IMG/VR virus record: IMGVR_UViG_3300036766_002286
Length of the DNA: 64,000 bases
Source: a virus
Taxonomy: Duplodnaviria; Caudoviricetes
Strand: one strand, 5' to 3'
Of this stretch, positions 48,214-56,900 are shown piece after piece. Each line of letters starts with the position of its first letter. Position 1 is the first letter of the stretch. The position numbers and the translations under genes are program-made. The notes under the pieces were generated by a model, which saw only the letters and a list, made by a program, of their open reading frames with translations, made no database searches and was not told the DNA's origin.

Positions 48214-48482
48214 GTTTCACTCCTCAAGCCTTCAGCAAATGGTTCTATACGGGTGGGCAGATTCGTTCCTTTTAATTCATTAAATATAGTCATATAAACC
48301 AAAAATGCCGCATCAAGTTTGACTCTCGCGGCTTTCAATTTCTCGATGTCAGCAAATTTCTTTGTCGTAAGCATTCTAACCTCCTCTGCAGCCGCCGCCA
48401 GAACCTCTACATCTTGACCCAGAGCTGCCTTTTTGGCAGCGATTTGTGCAGCTGGCAAGTCAAATGAATATAGATTTTTCAT
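48210..48482 (-). CDS. Chimeric hypothetical: 'MENLY' start plus 'N.EKL' body
   Basis: MKNLYSFDLP then VLAAAAEE...DIEKLKAA. Confidence 0.7.
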   Translation of the reverse strand: MKNLYSFDLPAAQIAAKKAALGQDVEVLAAAAEEVRMLTTKKFADIEKLKAARVKLDAAFLVYMTIFNELKGTNLPTRIEPFAEGLRSET

Positions 48483-48551
48483 AACATTTACTATATCGGG
48501 GAGTTTACTATAGACAACACTCTAAGCTCCTAACGTATTTCTCTTATTTAT

Positions 48552-48953
48552 TTAATTTTTCAGCTGTTCGATAATAGTAGATATAGTAGCATCACTATAG
48601 ACGTCAATATTAGCAGTTTTCAGTTTCTTTCTCCAAACCAGCAACTCCGCAGTTCCAGAGTATTTGATTTCTACTTCAATATGTTGTTTTCTGGTGGAGT
48701 TTATGTTAAATAGCAGCTTTATTGGAATATCCCATATTAAATGTATATTGCCAGTTCGAGCTGAATAAAATATATCTGGAGCTATAATCTTTTCTTGTAC
48801 CAGGCTGATCAGTATATCTCCTGCACGTCTAATGGCAAATTCTCCGATTTCTTTTCGTTCAGGCATTGCTAGTAAGGTATTTGCAGCGGATTTGAACTCT
48901 TTATGATCTACAACGACATTCGGCAGCTCAAATAGATACATTATAATCTCCAT
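48552..48953 (-). CDS. Hypothetical, 'GW...PTxEGG..W' family
   Basis: YLFELP...AIRRAGDIL...HIEVEI. Confidence 0.8.
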   Translation of the reverse strand: MEIIMYLFELPNVVVDHKEFKSAANTLLAMPERKEIGEFAIRRAGDILISLVQEKIIAPDIFYSARTGNIHLIWDIPIKLLFNINSTRKQHIEVEIKYSGTAELLVWRKKLKTANIDVYSDATISTIIEQLKN

Positions 48954-48981
48954 ATATCAGAACACTGCTAGAATACCTTAG

Positions 48982-49055
48982 TGGCGGAGGTAGGATTTGA
49001 ACCTACGACCTCCGGGTTATGAGCCCGACGAGCTGCCAAACTGCTCCACTCCGCA
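48982..49055 (-). tRNA. tRNA-Met(CAT), initiator type; CCA not encoded
   Basis: TGCGGAGTGGAGCAGTTTGGCAGCTCGTCGGGCTCATAACCCGGAGGTCGTAGGTTCAAATCCTACCTCCGCCA; 1:72 mismatch; three G-C pairs in anticodon stem. Confidence 0.95.
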
Positions 49056-49122
49056 ACTACTACTATGCCGGCGATTTCCAATTTGACAACCAGGTATTTC
49101 ATTAAATTCGCAATAAGGCAGT

Positions 49123-49470
49123 TTAGCTGTTTAATAGAGCTATGTCATCAGGATGAATACGCCCAATAGTTTTGCGCCAAAGCTCAGTAAGTGTACCATA
49201 GTGTGCTTGCATGAATGTACCATTAATAAGGTCACGAGCAACCAGGGCCAGACCACAGCCCACAACGACATCCCGAGTAAAATCCACAGAAGTAAGCAGC
49301 ATGGCCTCTATAGGAACACTTCGAACCGCATCCATCGTCGCGTTAAGAGTCCAACAGCGAGGAGCAAGATCTATGGTTAAACCAGCTGCAGCGCACGCTC
49401 TATCCAAATCAGTTCGATCAGCCACAGAAAGAGCAGTACCTAAAGTCTCAAGCTGCTTAAAATTTAACAA
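49123..49470 (-). CDS. Hypothetical protein (start uncertain)
   Basis: 115 aa ORF. Confidence 0.55.
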   Translation of the reverse strand: MLNFKQLETLGTALSVADRTDLDRACAAAGLTIDLAPRCWTLNATMDAVRSVPIEAMLLTSVDFTRDVVVGCGLALVARDLINGTFMQAHYGTLTELWRKTIGRIHPDDIALLNS

Positions 49471-49572
49471 TCGAAACGTTTCTAGCAGCTCTTCAATTTA
49501 GGGGTTTGAGGTCCATATCTGTCTTCCATTATATTCTTCTTCATCATTTGTTGTACATTATTTTATTACAAG

Positions 49573-49731
49573 TCAGTCATCTTCTTCTGCTGTAGTAAGA
49601 TCCCAACCCAAACACTCACCGCACATGTACGCTCCGGTAAACTCATCTGTAACCCCATCGGTAGTAGAGTCATCTCCGCAGCCAGAACATATTTTTAGCG
49701 GATCCAAATCTTCATAAGTGTCATCAAACAT
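49573..49731 (-). CDS. Small CxxC..CxxC zinc-ribbon protein
   Basis: CSGC...CGEC. Confidence 0.6.
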   Translation of the reverse strand: MFDDTYEDLDPLKICSGCGDDSTTDGVTDEFTGAYMCGECLGWDLTTAEEDD

Positions 49732-49919
49732 CACGCACTTCCTTGCATGAAGTCTACTATAGCCTGGTAGGCTTTTTTTAGTTTGGTATTTGACTCTTGA
49801 TACGACGCTTCCAATTGACTCGAGCAACCAGGCCCTCTATCTCTACTGAACAACTCCACGTCGCCCCACCAATGCGCATGCTCTGCTAGTAGGTCATTGA
49901 GCTTTTTTTCATCAAACAT
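49731..49919 (-). CDS. Hypothetical, distant 'LFEL..EYG' family
   Basis: EKKLNDLLAEH...AYQAIVDFM. Confidence 0.55.
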   Translation of the reverse strand: MFDEKKLNDLLAEHAHWWGDVELFSRDRGPGCSSQLEASYQESNTKLKKAYQAIVDFMQGSA

Positions 49920-50165
49920 TAGATACACTCCTTTACATAATTTAATAACGCCTCTCTAGTCAAGTGACAGGCAAGTATAGCTTCAGTTTTATCTTCGACA
50001 TTAATACATTCAGTTGAATGATGAAAATCAGCATCTATTGCTTCTTCGACTAATCCTTCAAAATGTGTCACATCAAATTTCATATTATTCTCCGTATTCT
50101 ATGTATACAATAATGGCGCACCTGCTTGCCCAAACAATAATATTTTATAATGAATATATAGATTT

Positions 50166-50483
50166 TTAATCATCATTTTCATCGTCATCATCCTCTTCAT
50201 CATAGTCAGAGATATTATCTTCTATAAACATGTTACCAGCGCTAACACCAGCCGATTCGCACACGTCCATAATATCGTCACCTAACTCATCAAATACTTT
50301 CGCACATTTTGCTTGTGACCAGTCTGGCCTTAGACAGGAAATATCTTTTACCGACCAGGAAATCGAAACTACCTCTGGGGGCGCGGTCGGCGTCGGCTTA
50401 TTTATATGTCGCTTTGGCTTTACACGACTCTTTCGTTTTTTGTCATTTTGCATTTTTCTCGCTGTTTTTGGACTCACTACCAT
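50166..50483 (-). CDS. Hypothetical, basic N-terminus and acidic C-terminus
   Basis: ISWSVKDI..LRPDW pattern typical of small phage proteins; GGAGG SD. Confidence 0.65.
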   Translation of the reverse strand: MVVSPKTARKMQNDKKRKSRVKPKRHINKPTPTAPPEVVSISWSVKDISCLRPDWSQAKCAKVFDELGDDIMDVCESAGVSAGNMFIEDNISDYDEEDDDDENDD

Positions 50484-50638
50484 TTCTGCCTCCGTTAGGT
50501 TTATAGCTACAGTTTACTATTATGGCAATCTTAGATAAAACAAGCAGGCATCTAGGTCCGCATCCAGTGTCATATTAAAAATATAAAAAGAGCCAGGTAA
50601 TCCATGCCCGGCAGCTACATTGTAGGACAATACCTAAT

Positions 50639-50923
50639 ATGCCTGATAATGACGCTATGATGAACCCGCCTATTGAAAAGTTACTCTCTAAAACAGGCAA
50701 TTCTAAATTCGCACTTGTTACCTTAGCAGCCAGGCGCGCTCGCGAAGTGCATTTATATTTTAATCAAATAGGTGGCGGTCTAAGTAACGTAGTTCCGCCT
50801 CAAGTTGCATCCATGTCCCGTAAAGCACTTTCTATCGCCTTTGAAGAGATCGCCGAAGAAAAAATTAAGAGCGTCCCTTTAACAACTCTTGAAGTTACAG
50901 AAGCACCTGCATCAGACTCTTAA
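50639..50923 (+). CDS. rpoZ: RNA polymerase omega subunit, actinobacterial type
   Basis: NPPIEKLL...SKFALVTLAARRAREV..YF...KALSIAFEEI. Confidence 0.93.
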   Translation: MPDNDAMMNPPIEKLLSKTGNSKFALVTLAARRAREVHLYFNQIGGGLSNVVPPQVASMSRKALSIAFEEIAEEKIKSVPLTTLEVTEAPASDS

Positions 50924-51002
50924 GTAAAAACGACACTTGAGTTTTGGTTTACTTAAGCTAGCACATATAGTATATGAAAGGGCATAACAAAGGAGAACAA
51001 TA

Positions 51003-51209
51003 ATGAGAACAACTAAGCGACCTATTGATGAAAAATTGGTTCTTGCACTCAAAGAAGTACTAAATCTCCCGCCGTACGCCTTCTATCACAGCCTAAACAT
51101 TATTGAAGTTAGAATTGAAAAAGACAAAGCAACAATTGTAACGAAAGACTCATCATCTGTATCTATGGATGGAACAACTTATGCAGAAGCCAGATATTAT
51201 GATTTATAA
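51003..51209 (+). CDS. Hypothetical protein
   Basis: AAGGAG SD. Confidence 0.65.
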   Translation: MRTTKRPIDEKLVLALKEVLNLPPYAFYHSLNIIEVRIEKDKATIVTKDSSSVSMDGTTYAEARYYDL

Positions 51210-51245
51210 CACCCGCACCAAAGTAAAAGCTACTAAAGGAGAAAA

Positions 51246-51938
51246 ATGAAAGAAAGAATAAAGTATATCGATGGCCAGGGCAACCCTCAAGAGCTAATAG
51301 GCGACCACCCCCAAACATCTATTAGTCTATCTAATGTCGCACTCGCCGGCGCAGATTTATCTGGCGCACAGTTGCCAGGAGTTAGCGCATATAACATGGA
51401 TTTGACGCGTATAAATCTATCCGGAGCAAATCTAGCTAATGCGGACTTTTCTATGTCGAAACTCTCTTACGCCAACTTATCCGGAGCCGATTTGTCTTTT
51501 GCAGATCTTAGCGGGGCTGATTTGACAAACGCTATTCTAACCAACACTAATTTGCGGTTTGCAATTTTAACAGACACAGACCTGTCTGGAGCTATCCTAT
51601 CCGGAGCTGTTTTAGCAGACGTATCTGCTCTCCGTGTTAACTTACAAGACACCTATCTAAAACATGCTGATCTATCTCGCGCTTTTCTGCAGGAAGCAGA
51701 GCTATCAAATGCTGATTTAACTGACGCAAATTTGACTAAAGCAGATCTCAGTGAAGCTAATTTATGTAAGGCCAACTTAACTAACGCTAATCTAACTGAC
51801 GCTGATTTAGAATTAGCGGCCCTGGTTCACACTAATTTAACTGGTGCTAATATAGAGGGCGCAAGTATAGAGCACAGTTTGCGTCAATCGACAATAATGC
51901 CAGACGGCACAACACAAGGTAATACTTATACAAAGTAA
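51246..51938 (+). CDS. Pentapeptide repeat protein
   Basis: IKYID..GNPQEL cap; ADL repeats; TIMPDG end. Confidence 0.93.
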   Translation: MKERIKYIDGQGNPQELIGDHPQTSISLSNVALAGADLSGAQLPGVSAYNMDLTRINLSGANLANADFSMSKLSYANLSGADLSFADLSGADLTNAILTNTNLRFAILTDTDLSGAILSGAVLADVSALRVNLQDTYLKHADLSRAFLQEAELSNADLTDANLTKADLSEANLCKANLTNANLTDADLELAALVHTNLTGANIEGASIEHSLRQSTIMPDGTTQGNTYTK

Positions 51939-51969
51939 GAACCAATACGGTAATAAGAGGAGAAAACTA

Positions 51970-52674
51970 ATGAGACCAAATGTAAAATACATGGATCGCA
52001 ACAGTGATCCACAAGAGCTGCAATGGGGAGAGTCCTGGATAAATATTGATCTCACCCGAGCAGACTTAACCGGCGCCGATTTATCTCTTGGGGAACTGGG
52101 AGGAGTACGCATATCCGGAGCCAACCTTACTAACGCTAATCTGTCTGGAGCATATCTTGAGGGAGTAGAGTTGATTCGAGCTAGTCTTTACGGTGCAGAC
52201 TTATCTAATACAAATATTATGAATGGGCAACTAGCTTATGCAAATTTATCTAATGCAAACTTGACAAAAGCTTACTTAGGCGGCGCCAACTTGAGCTATG
52301 CAAATTTTTCTCATGCAAATTTATCTAATACAGATTTTAAAGAAGCTAAGTTAATTGAAACAAACCTAGAAGCAGTAGATCTCTCTAATGCTGATTTATC
52401 GCATGCAGACTTAACTGGAGCAAATTTAACAAAAGCACGTATGATTAATACAGACCTAACCTGGTCAAATCTAACAGGATCTAATTTAACTATGGCAACT
52501 CTAACTCATGTAAATCTAGCTAATTCAGATTTAACTTGTGCGATCCTAGCTGGTACATTATTGGATAACTGTAATTTAAGTGACACAATCACAACTTATG
52601 TTGATTTGTTTAATATAAATTTAAGTACATGTACGCTCGTCGGCGCTAATGGGTATTATCAGGTATGGAAGTAA
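51970..52674 (+). CDS. Pentapeptide repeat protein
   Basis: VKYMD...PQELQWGESW cap. Confidence 0.93.
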   Translation: MRPNVKYMDRNSDPQELQWGESWINIDLTRADLTGADLSLGELGGVRISGANLTNANLSGAYLEGVELIRASLYGADLSNTNIMNGQLAYANLSNANLTKAYLGGANLSYANFSHANLSNTDFKEAKLIETNLEAVDLSNADLSHADLTGANLTKARMINTDLTWSNLTGSNLTMATLTHVNLANSDLTCAILAGTLLDNCNLSDTITTYVDLFNINLSTCTLVGANGYYQVWK

Positions 52675-52757
52675 TTAAAGCACCTATGCTAGTGTAATCA
52701 TAACTCCATGTTTCAAGTTGATTGCCATATTGAAAAATCACAGCACAGTTAGTATCA

Positions 52758-53468
52758 ATGAGACATGAACCTATAAATAGAAGAGAAGTAATTGGCATTC
52801 TCGGCGGTATTGGTCCAGCTGCAACAGCTCATATATTTTCGCAGTTAATAAAAACTTTTCAAACAAACGGCGCTGTTTTAGATAACGATTTCCCCGCAAT
52901 TCTTGTTCACAGTCTCAATATACCAGGCACCCAGCCAACTGGTGTACATAGTCACCCAGATCTTGTACGTTCATTACAAGCTGCCGTAAGTCAGCTTATT
53001 ACCTCTGGAGCGACTATTTTGGGAGTTGCTTGTAATAGTTTGCATGGAAAATTTGCAAACATTGGTATTCCATCTAACATAAAACTTTTAGACATGATAC
53101 AGCTCACAGTTGATGCGGCTAGAGATCGGTCGTGGCGAAGAGTTGGAATCTGTGCGTCGCGATCGACTCGGTCCGAGCAGTTGTTTAATAATGCTTTTTC
53201 TGAATATGAAATTACTACTATTGATCTTCCAGAAGAATTGCAATGCGCACTCGACTCAGCAATTTTATCCGTGATGGGCAATAAGGATATTACGAATGCC
53301 AGCAATATTTTAAAAACTACTATAGATACTCTTTTGCACATGGGAGCAGACGGGGTTATTGTAGGGTGTACCGAACTATCTATGATCGCACCTGTGGATT
53401 ATAGGGTGCTTGACTCAGCAGAACTTCTTGTTGCAGCCCTACATTCAAATTCTAGTATAATCAAATGA
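52758..53468 (+). CDS. Aspartate/glutamate racemase family protein
   Basis: GILGGIGPAAT, ACNSLH, GCTELS (both catalytic Cys). Confidence 0.9.
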   Translation: MRHEPINRREVIGILGGIGPAATAHIFSQLIKTFQTNGAVLDNDFPAILVHSLNIPGTQPTGVHSHPDLVRSLQAAVSQLITSGATILGVACNSLHGKFANIGIPSNIKLLDMIQLTVDAARDRSWRRVGICASRSTRSEQLFNNAFSEYEITTIDLPEELQCALDSAILSVMGNKDITNASNILKTTIDTLLHMGADGVIVGCTELSMIAPVDYRVLDSAELLVAALHSNSSIIK

Positions 53469-53475
53469 GGTAACT

Positions 53476-54447
53476 ATGCGCTTTATACCATTCACGCACT
53501 CTGTCCAGCTGCACCAAGAGCTTTCACATGTTCTCAAAAATATACGCGCTCAGCGTAACTTTAATGCCGAAAATGTCCTTATAGAAAAATGTGAGAGGCT
53601 TCAAGCCTACTTGTCTGCTTTTAATTTGCGTGCCCTAGTTGTTGGAGTTTCTGGTGGTATTGATTCTGCAGTTAGTTTAGGTATTGCATCCAACCTTCTT
53701 GAAAATGGACTTATAGACCGAGTTGTACCTGTACTTCTTCCTTTATCTGGAAATCTGGCTGCAACCGGTCAATTGGAGGCAACTACTCGCGGTATCCAAG
53801 TTTGTGCTAAATTCGCACTTAAACCCGTCATTATTGAACTTGACCCTACTTTTGAAACAACCTGTTCAGCAGTAGAGTCCGCACTACAATTATCAGGAAA
53901 CCCCTGGGCTCGCGGCCAGCTCACCTCTTATATACGCACGCCTGCTTTATATTACACTGCAAGTATTTTATGGGCCAATAAATTACCTGCCGCCGTCCTT
54001 GGCACCACCAATAGAGATGAGGGTGCTTACCTCGGATTTTTTGGTAAAGCCTCTGACGGTATGGTTGATATTCAGATTTTGAGCGATCTTCATAAATCAG
54101 AAGTATACGCTCTGGCTAAACAGCTAGATATTCCAGAAACAATAATTAATGCTATACCTACTGGTGATATGTACGATGGACGTATCGATGAAGAGGTTTT
54201 TGGTGCTCCATACGATTTTGTTGAATTGTTTTTAGCTATGCGTTGTATGACACCCATCAATCAATCTGTTATAATCAGCTCACTTGGCTCTCTTGCTCGC
54301 GAACAGTTTGATAAGTATTACTCAGCGCTTCAAGGTCTTCATAATTACAATGCACATAAATATCTCGTAGGCTCCCCCGCTATCCATTTAGATGTACTTG
54401 CCGGCCACGTCCCCGGTGGTTGGCGTTATGCGGTGTGGTATGCTTAA
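53476..54447 (+). CDS. nadE: NH3-dependent NAD+ synthetase
   Basis: GVSGGIDSAV, GTTNRDE, GFFGKASDG, DLHKSEV, PTGDM; no glutaminase domain. Confidence 0.88.
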   Translation: MRFIPFTHSVQLHQELSHVLKNIRAQRNFNAENVLIEKCERLQAYLSAFNLRALVVGVSGGIDSAVSLGIASNLLENGLIDRVVPVLLPLSGNLAATGQLEATTRGIQVCAKFALKPVIIELDPTFETTCSAVESALQLSGNPWARGQLTSYIRTPALYYTASILWANKLPAAVLGTTNRDEGAYLGFFGKASDGMVDIQILSDLHKSEVYALAKQLDIPETIINAIPTGDMYDGRIDEEVFGAPYDFVELFLAMRCMTPINQSVIISSLGSLAREQFDKYYSALQGLHNYNAHKYLVGSPAIHLDVLAGHVPGGWRYAVWYA

Positions 54448-55186
54448 TAACATTCCAGAAGTTTTGATTAAGCACCCAGTCCCCGTTCAAGAATTTGATA
54501 TAGATACAGCAAATTCTATTATTCAGCCCACATCTACTATTTTACCAGGCACAACTGATGTTTTACTTATTAAAGGTCTTCTTGCTATAAACGAGGTGCA
54601 AGCTCTACTTTCAGCTGTCCCAGATTCTAAATTTGTAACAGCTGACTCTCACGGTGTTGCTGGAAACAACCAGAAAACAGGTTCCTATAGAGCTTCACTT
54701 TGGGCTCCAAATTTTGCTAGTATTTTATTTGAACGTATTAGACCTTTTATCTCAAATCCCCTAATTGTGAACCCTTTCACACCAACAGACGCTCATGACA
54801 CTATCGCTTGGTCACCCGTTAGCATAAATCCGCTACTTAGATTAATTCACTATAAATCAAGCGGAACATTAATCCCTCACTACGATGGTCCGGTTTTTTT
54901 CCAAGACGGTACTCGTACTTTATACTCAGTTATAATAGGCCTCACCTCTGATTCATCTGGAGCCACCAGGTTTCTTTCAGACCCAAAAAGAGATTTGCCT
55001 TTTACTCGCCGCAGTCACGGCGATCAAGACAGGATACCAGAACCAAATGATGTCGATGCAATCATTGTCCTAGAGCCAACCGACGCCTTAATATTTCCTC
55101 ATCGTATTTTACACGACACAGCTCCTGTAAATCTAAACAAAACTATTTTACGTACAGATGTCATTTATACGCGAATTTCATTATGA
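54440..55186 (+). CDS. 2OG-Fe(II) oxygenase (prolyl-4-hydroxylase-like)
   Basis: HYD, ILHD, KTILRTDV. Confidence 0.88.
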   Translation: MLNNIPEVLIKHPVPVQEFDIDTANSIIQPTSTILPGTTDVLLIKGLLAINEVQALLSAVPDSKFVTADSHGVAGNNQKTGSYRASLWAPNFASILFERIRPFISNPLIVNPFTPTDAHDTIAWSPVSINPLLRLIHYKSSGTLIPHYDGPVFFQDGTRTLYSVIIGLTSDSSGATRFLSDPKRDLPFTRRSHGDQDRIPEPNDVDAIIVLEPTDALIFPHRILHDTAPVNLNKTILRTDVIYTRISL

Positions 55187-56877
55187 GTATAAATACGACT
55201 ACCAGTTCCCAAGCCGATATTGATACTTATCTAGCCTTAGACCCAATGTATAGTGCATGTGCTAAACATTACGGATACAATATGCTCGGCCCTGCCGGTT
55301 TTATTACTCATCCAGACCTACACGCTAGAGCCACAATCACTGATCATGCTTGGCTAAGCACTCCATTATTTAAGGTATCTGCTAATTTCGACACATCTTC
55401 ATCCCGAACTAAAAAGCAAGCCGTACTTTTAACAACTGGAGCATTTTCTCCTCTTCATACAGGACACATTGAAATGATGGATTGTGCCAAAGTCGCTCTG
55501 GAAGCCTCAGACATAGAGGTTGTGGGTGGTTTTATTTCTCCTTCTCATGATGCCTATGTAACAAGAAAGGCAAAAGGTGACGCACAAATGCATGCAGAAA
55601 TCAGAGTTGCCCTATGTGAAGCAGCTGTTGCTTCGTCCAGTTGGCTAGCAATAGATACCTGGGAAGCTCGCTATGTTCCAGACGAATGTAATTTTACTGA
55701 TGTTTTTCGCCACCTTAAGGGTATTTTAGATCATAATTTCGGTAAAGACGCAATTGAAGTTTGGTATGTATTTGGTAGTGATAATATCATGTTCGCAACC
55801 GTTTTCAAAGAGTCTGGTAATGCTGTTGTTGTACACAGAGGAGGCACAGAAAATCCAAGCAACACTCTGAAAGCATTGAATATGGATAGCACCAGAGTTA
55901 TCGTATCAGACATTACTACTACAGCATCTTCCACCGAAATTCGTCGCGGTGATTTTACATTACTCCCATCCCCTATACGAGACACTTATCCGCGTTTTGT
56001 TGATCCAGCCCCCTTTCCATCTGGTGTTATAATACTTCGCGATGATCTCACATATGCAACCAAACACTGGGCAACATCTTCAGTATTTGATAAAGCTCTT
56101 CAAACATTTTCCACAAATGTACAAACCGCACTTATTACTGCTTACGATAGTAATTTTTCAATTGTGCTAGCACAAGTTGCAGACCAACTAACCGCGGCTT
56201 CATTCGCACTTTTTGATACGAAAACTATCTCTTTAGATGTGTATTTTAAAGGCACCGCACATTTTGAGATATCTAGAAGTTTTGGCTGTTCAGACGGTCA
56301 AGTGCGCACGTCCGGCATCATAGCTCGTCCAGGCTCAGCTTCTATTGCCGAGCAAATTTCACAAATTGCTCCCGGAGATTATTGTATTGTTGATGATGAT
56401 ATTGCCTCTGGAACCACTATTAAACAGTGCATTGAGATGCTGCCAGTTCACGTAAAGCACACAGGACAATATGCTATGGTAGAACATATCGGACTTCTTC
56501 GATCAAAAATTATTGATGTTTGTGACCTCAGAGACTTTCTTCTCGGCACCTTACATGGAGGCCTAGCAGTAATTCTCCCCAGCGGGTTTCACGGCCGTGC
56601 TCCTTATATGCTCCCGTACGTTTCATTAGTTTCTCGTGCTAGCATTCCTCCCACAAAACATCTACAATGCGCTCTCGATTTATGGATTGCAAACGAAGAA
56701 TTTTTTCGCACCATACCGGTCACTTTGAAGCTTATCGATACTCCACAGTATACTCGCGATTTACTCACTTCTGCTGGCTTTACGCAAGATATCACACTTG
56801 CTGATATATGTGCCTATCATATTAAAATACTTAGTCACAGTGTTTCCGCCCAAACCAAGTTTGCCCCGCGCCAGTAA
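55183..56877 (+). CDS. NMN/NaMN adenylyltransferase (eukaryote-like) fused to type I phosphoribosyltransferase-like domain
   Basis: GAFSPLHTGH, VVGGFISPSHDAYV, SSWLAIDTWEA, FGSD, SSTEIR; C-terminal IVDDDIASGTTI PRPP-binding motif. Confidence 0.82.
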   Translation: MSINTTTSSQADIDTYLALDPMYSACAKHYGYNMLGPAGFITHPDLHARATITDHAWLSTPLFKVSANFDTSSSRTKKQAVLLTTGAFSPLHTGHIEMMDCAKVALEASDIEVVGGFISPSHDAYVTRKAKGDAQMHAEIRVALCEAAVASSSWLAIDTWEARYVPDECNFTDVFRHLKGILDHNFGKDAIEVWYVFGSDNIMFATVFKESGNAVVVHRGGTENPSNTLKALNMDSTRVIVSDITTTASSTEIRRGDFTLLPSPIRDTYPRFVDPAPFPSGVIILRDDLTYATKHWATSSVFDKALQTFSTNVQTALITAYDSNFSIVLAQVADQLTAASFALFDTKTISLDVYFKGTAHFEISRSFGCSDGQVRTSGIIARPGSASIAEQISQIAPGDYCIVDDDIASGTTIKQCIEMLPVHVKHTGQYAMVEHIGLLRSKIIDVCDLRDFLLGTLHGGLAVILPSGFHGRAPYMLPYVSLVSRASIPPTKHLQCALDLWIANEEFFRTIPVTLKLIDTPQYTRDLLTSAGFTQDITLADICAYHIKILSHSVSAQTKFAPRQ

Positions 56878-56900
56878 CCTGTCCCTGCAATAGTGCAATA

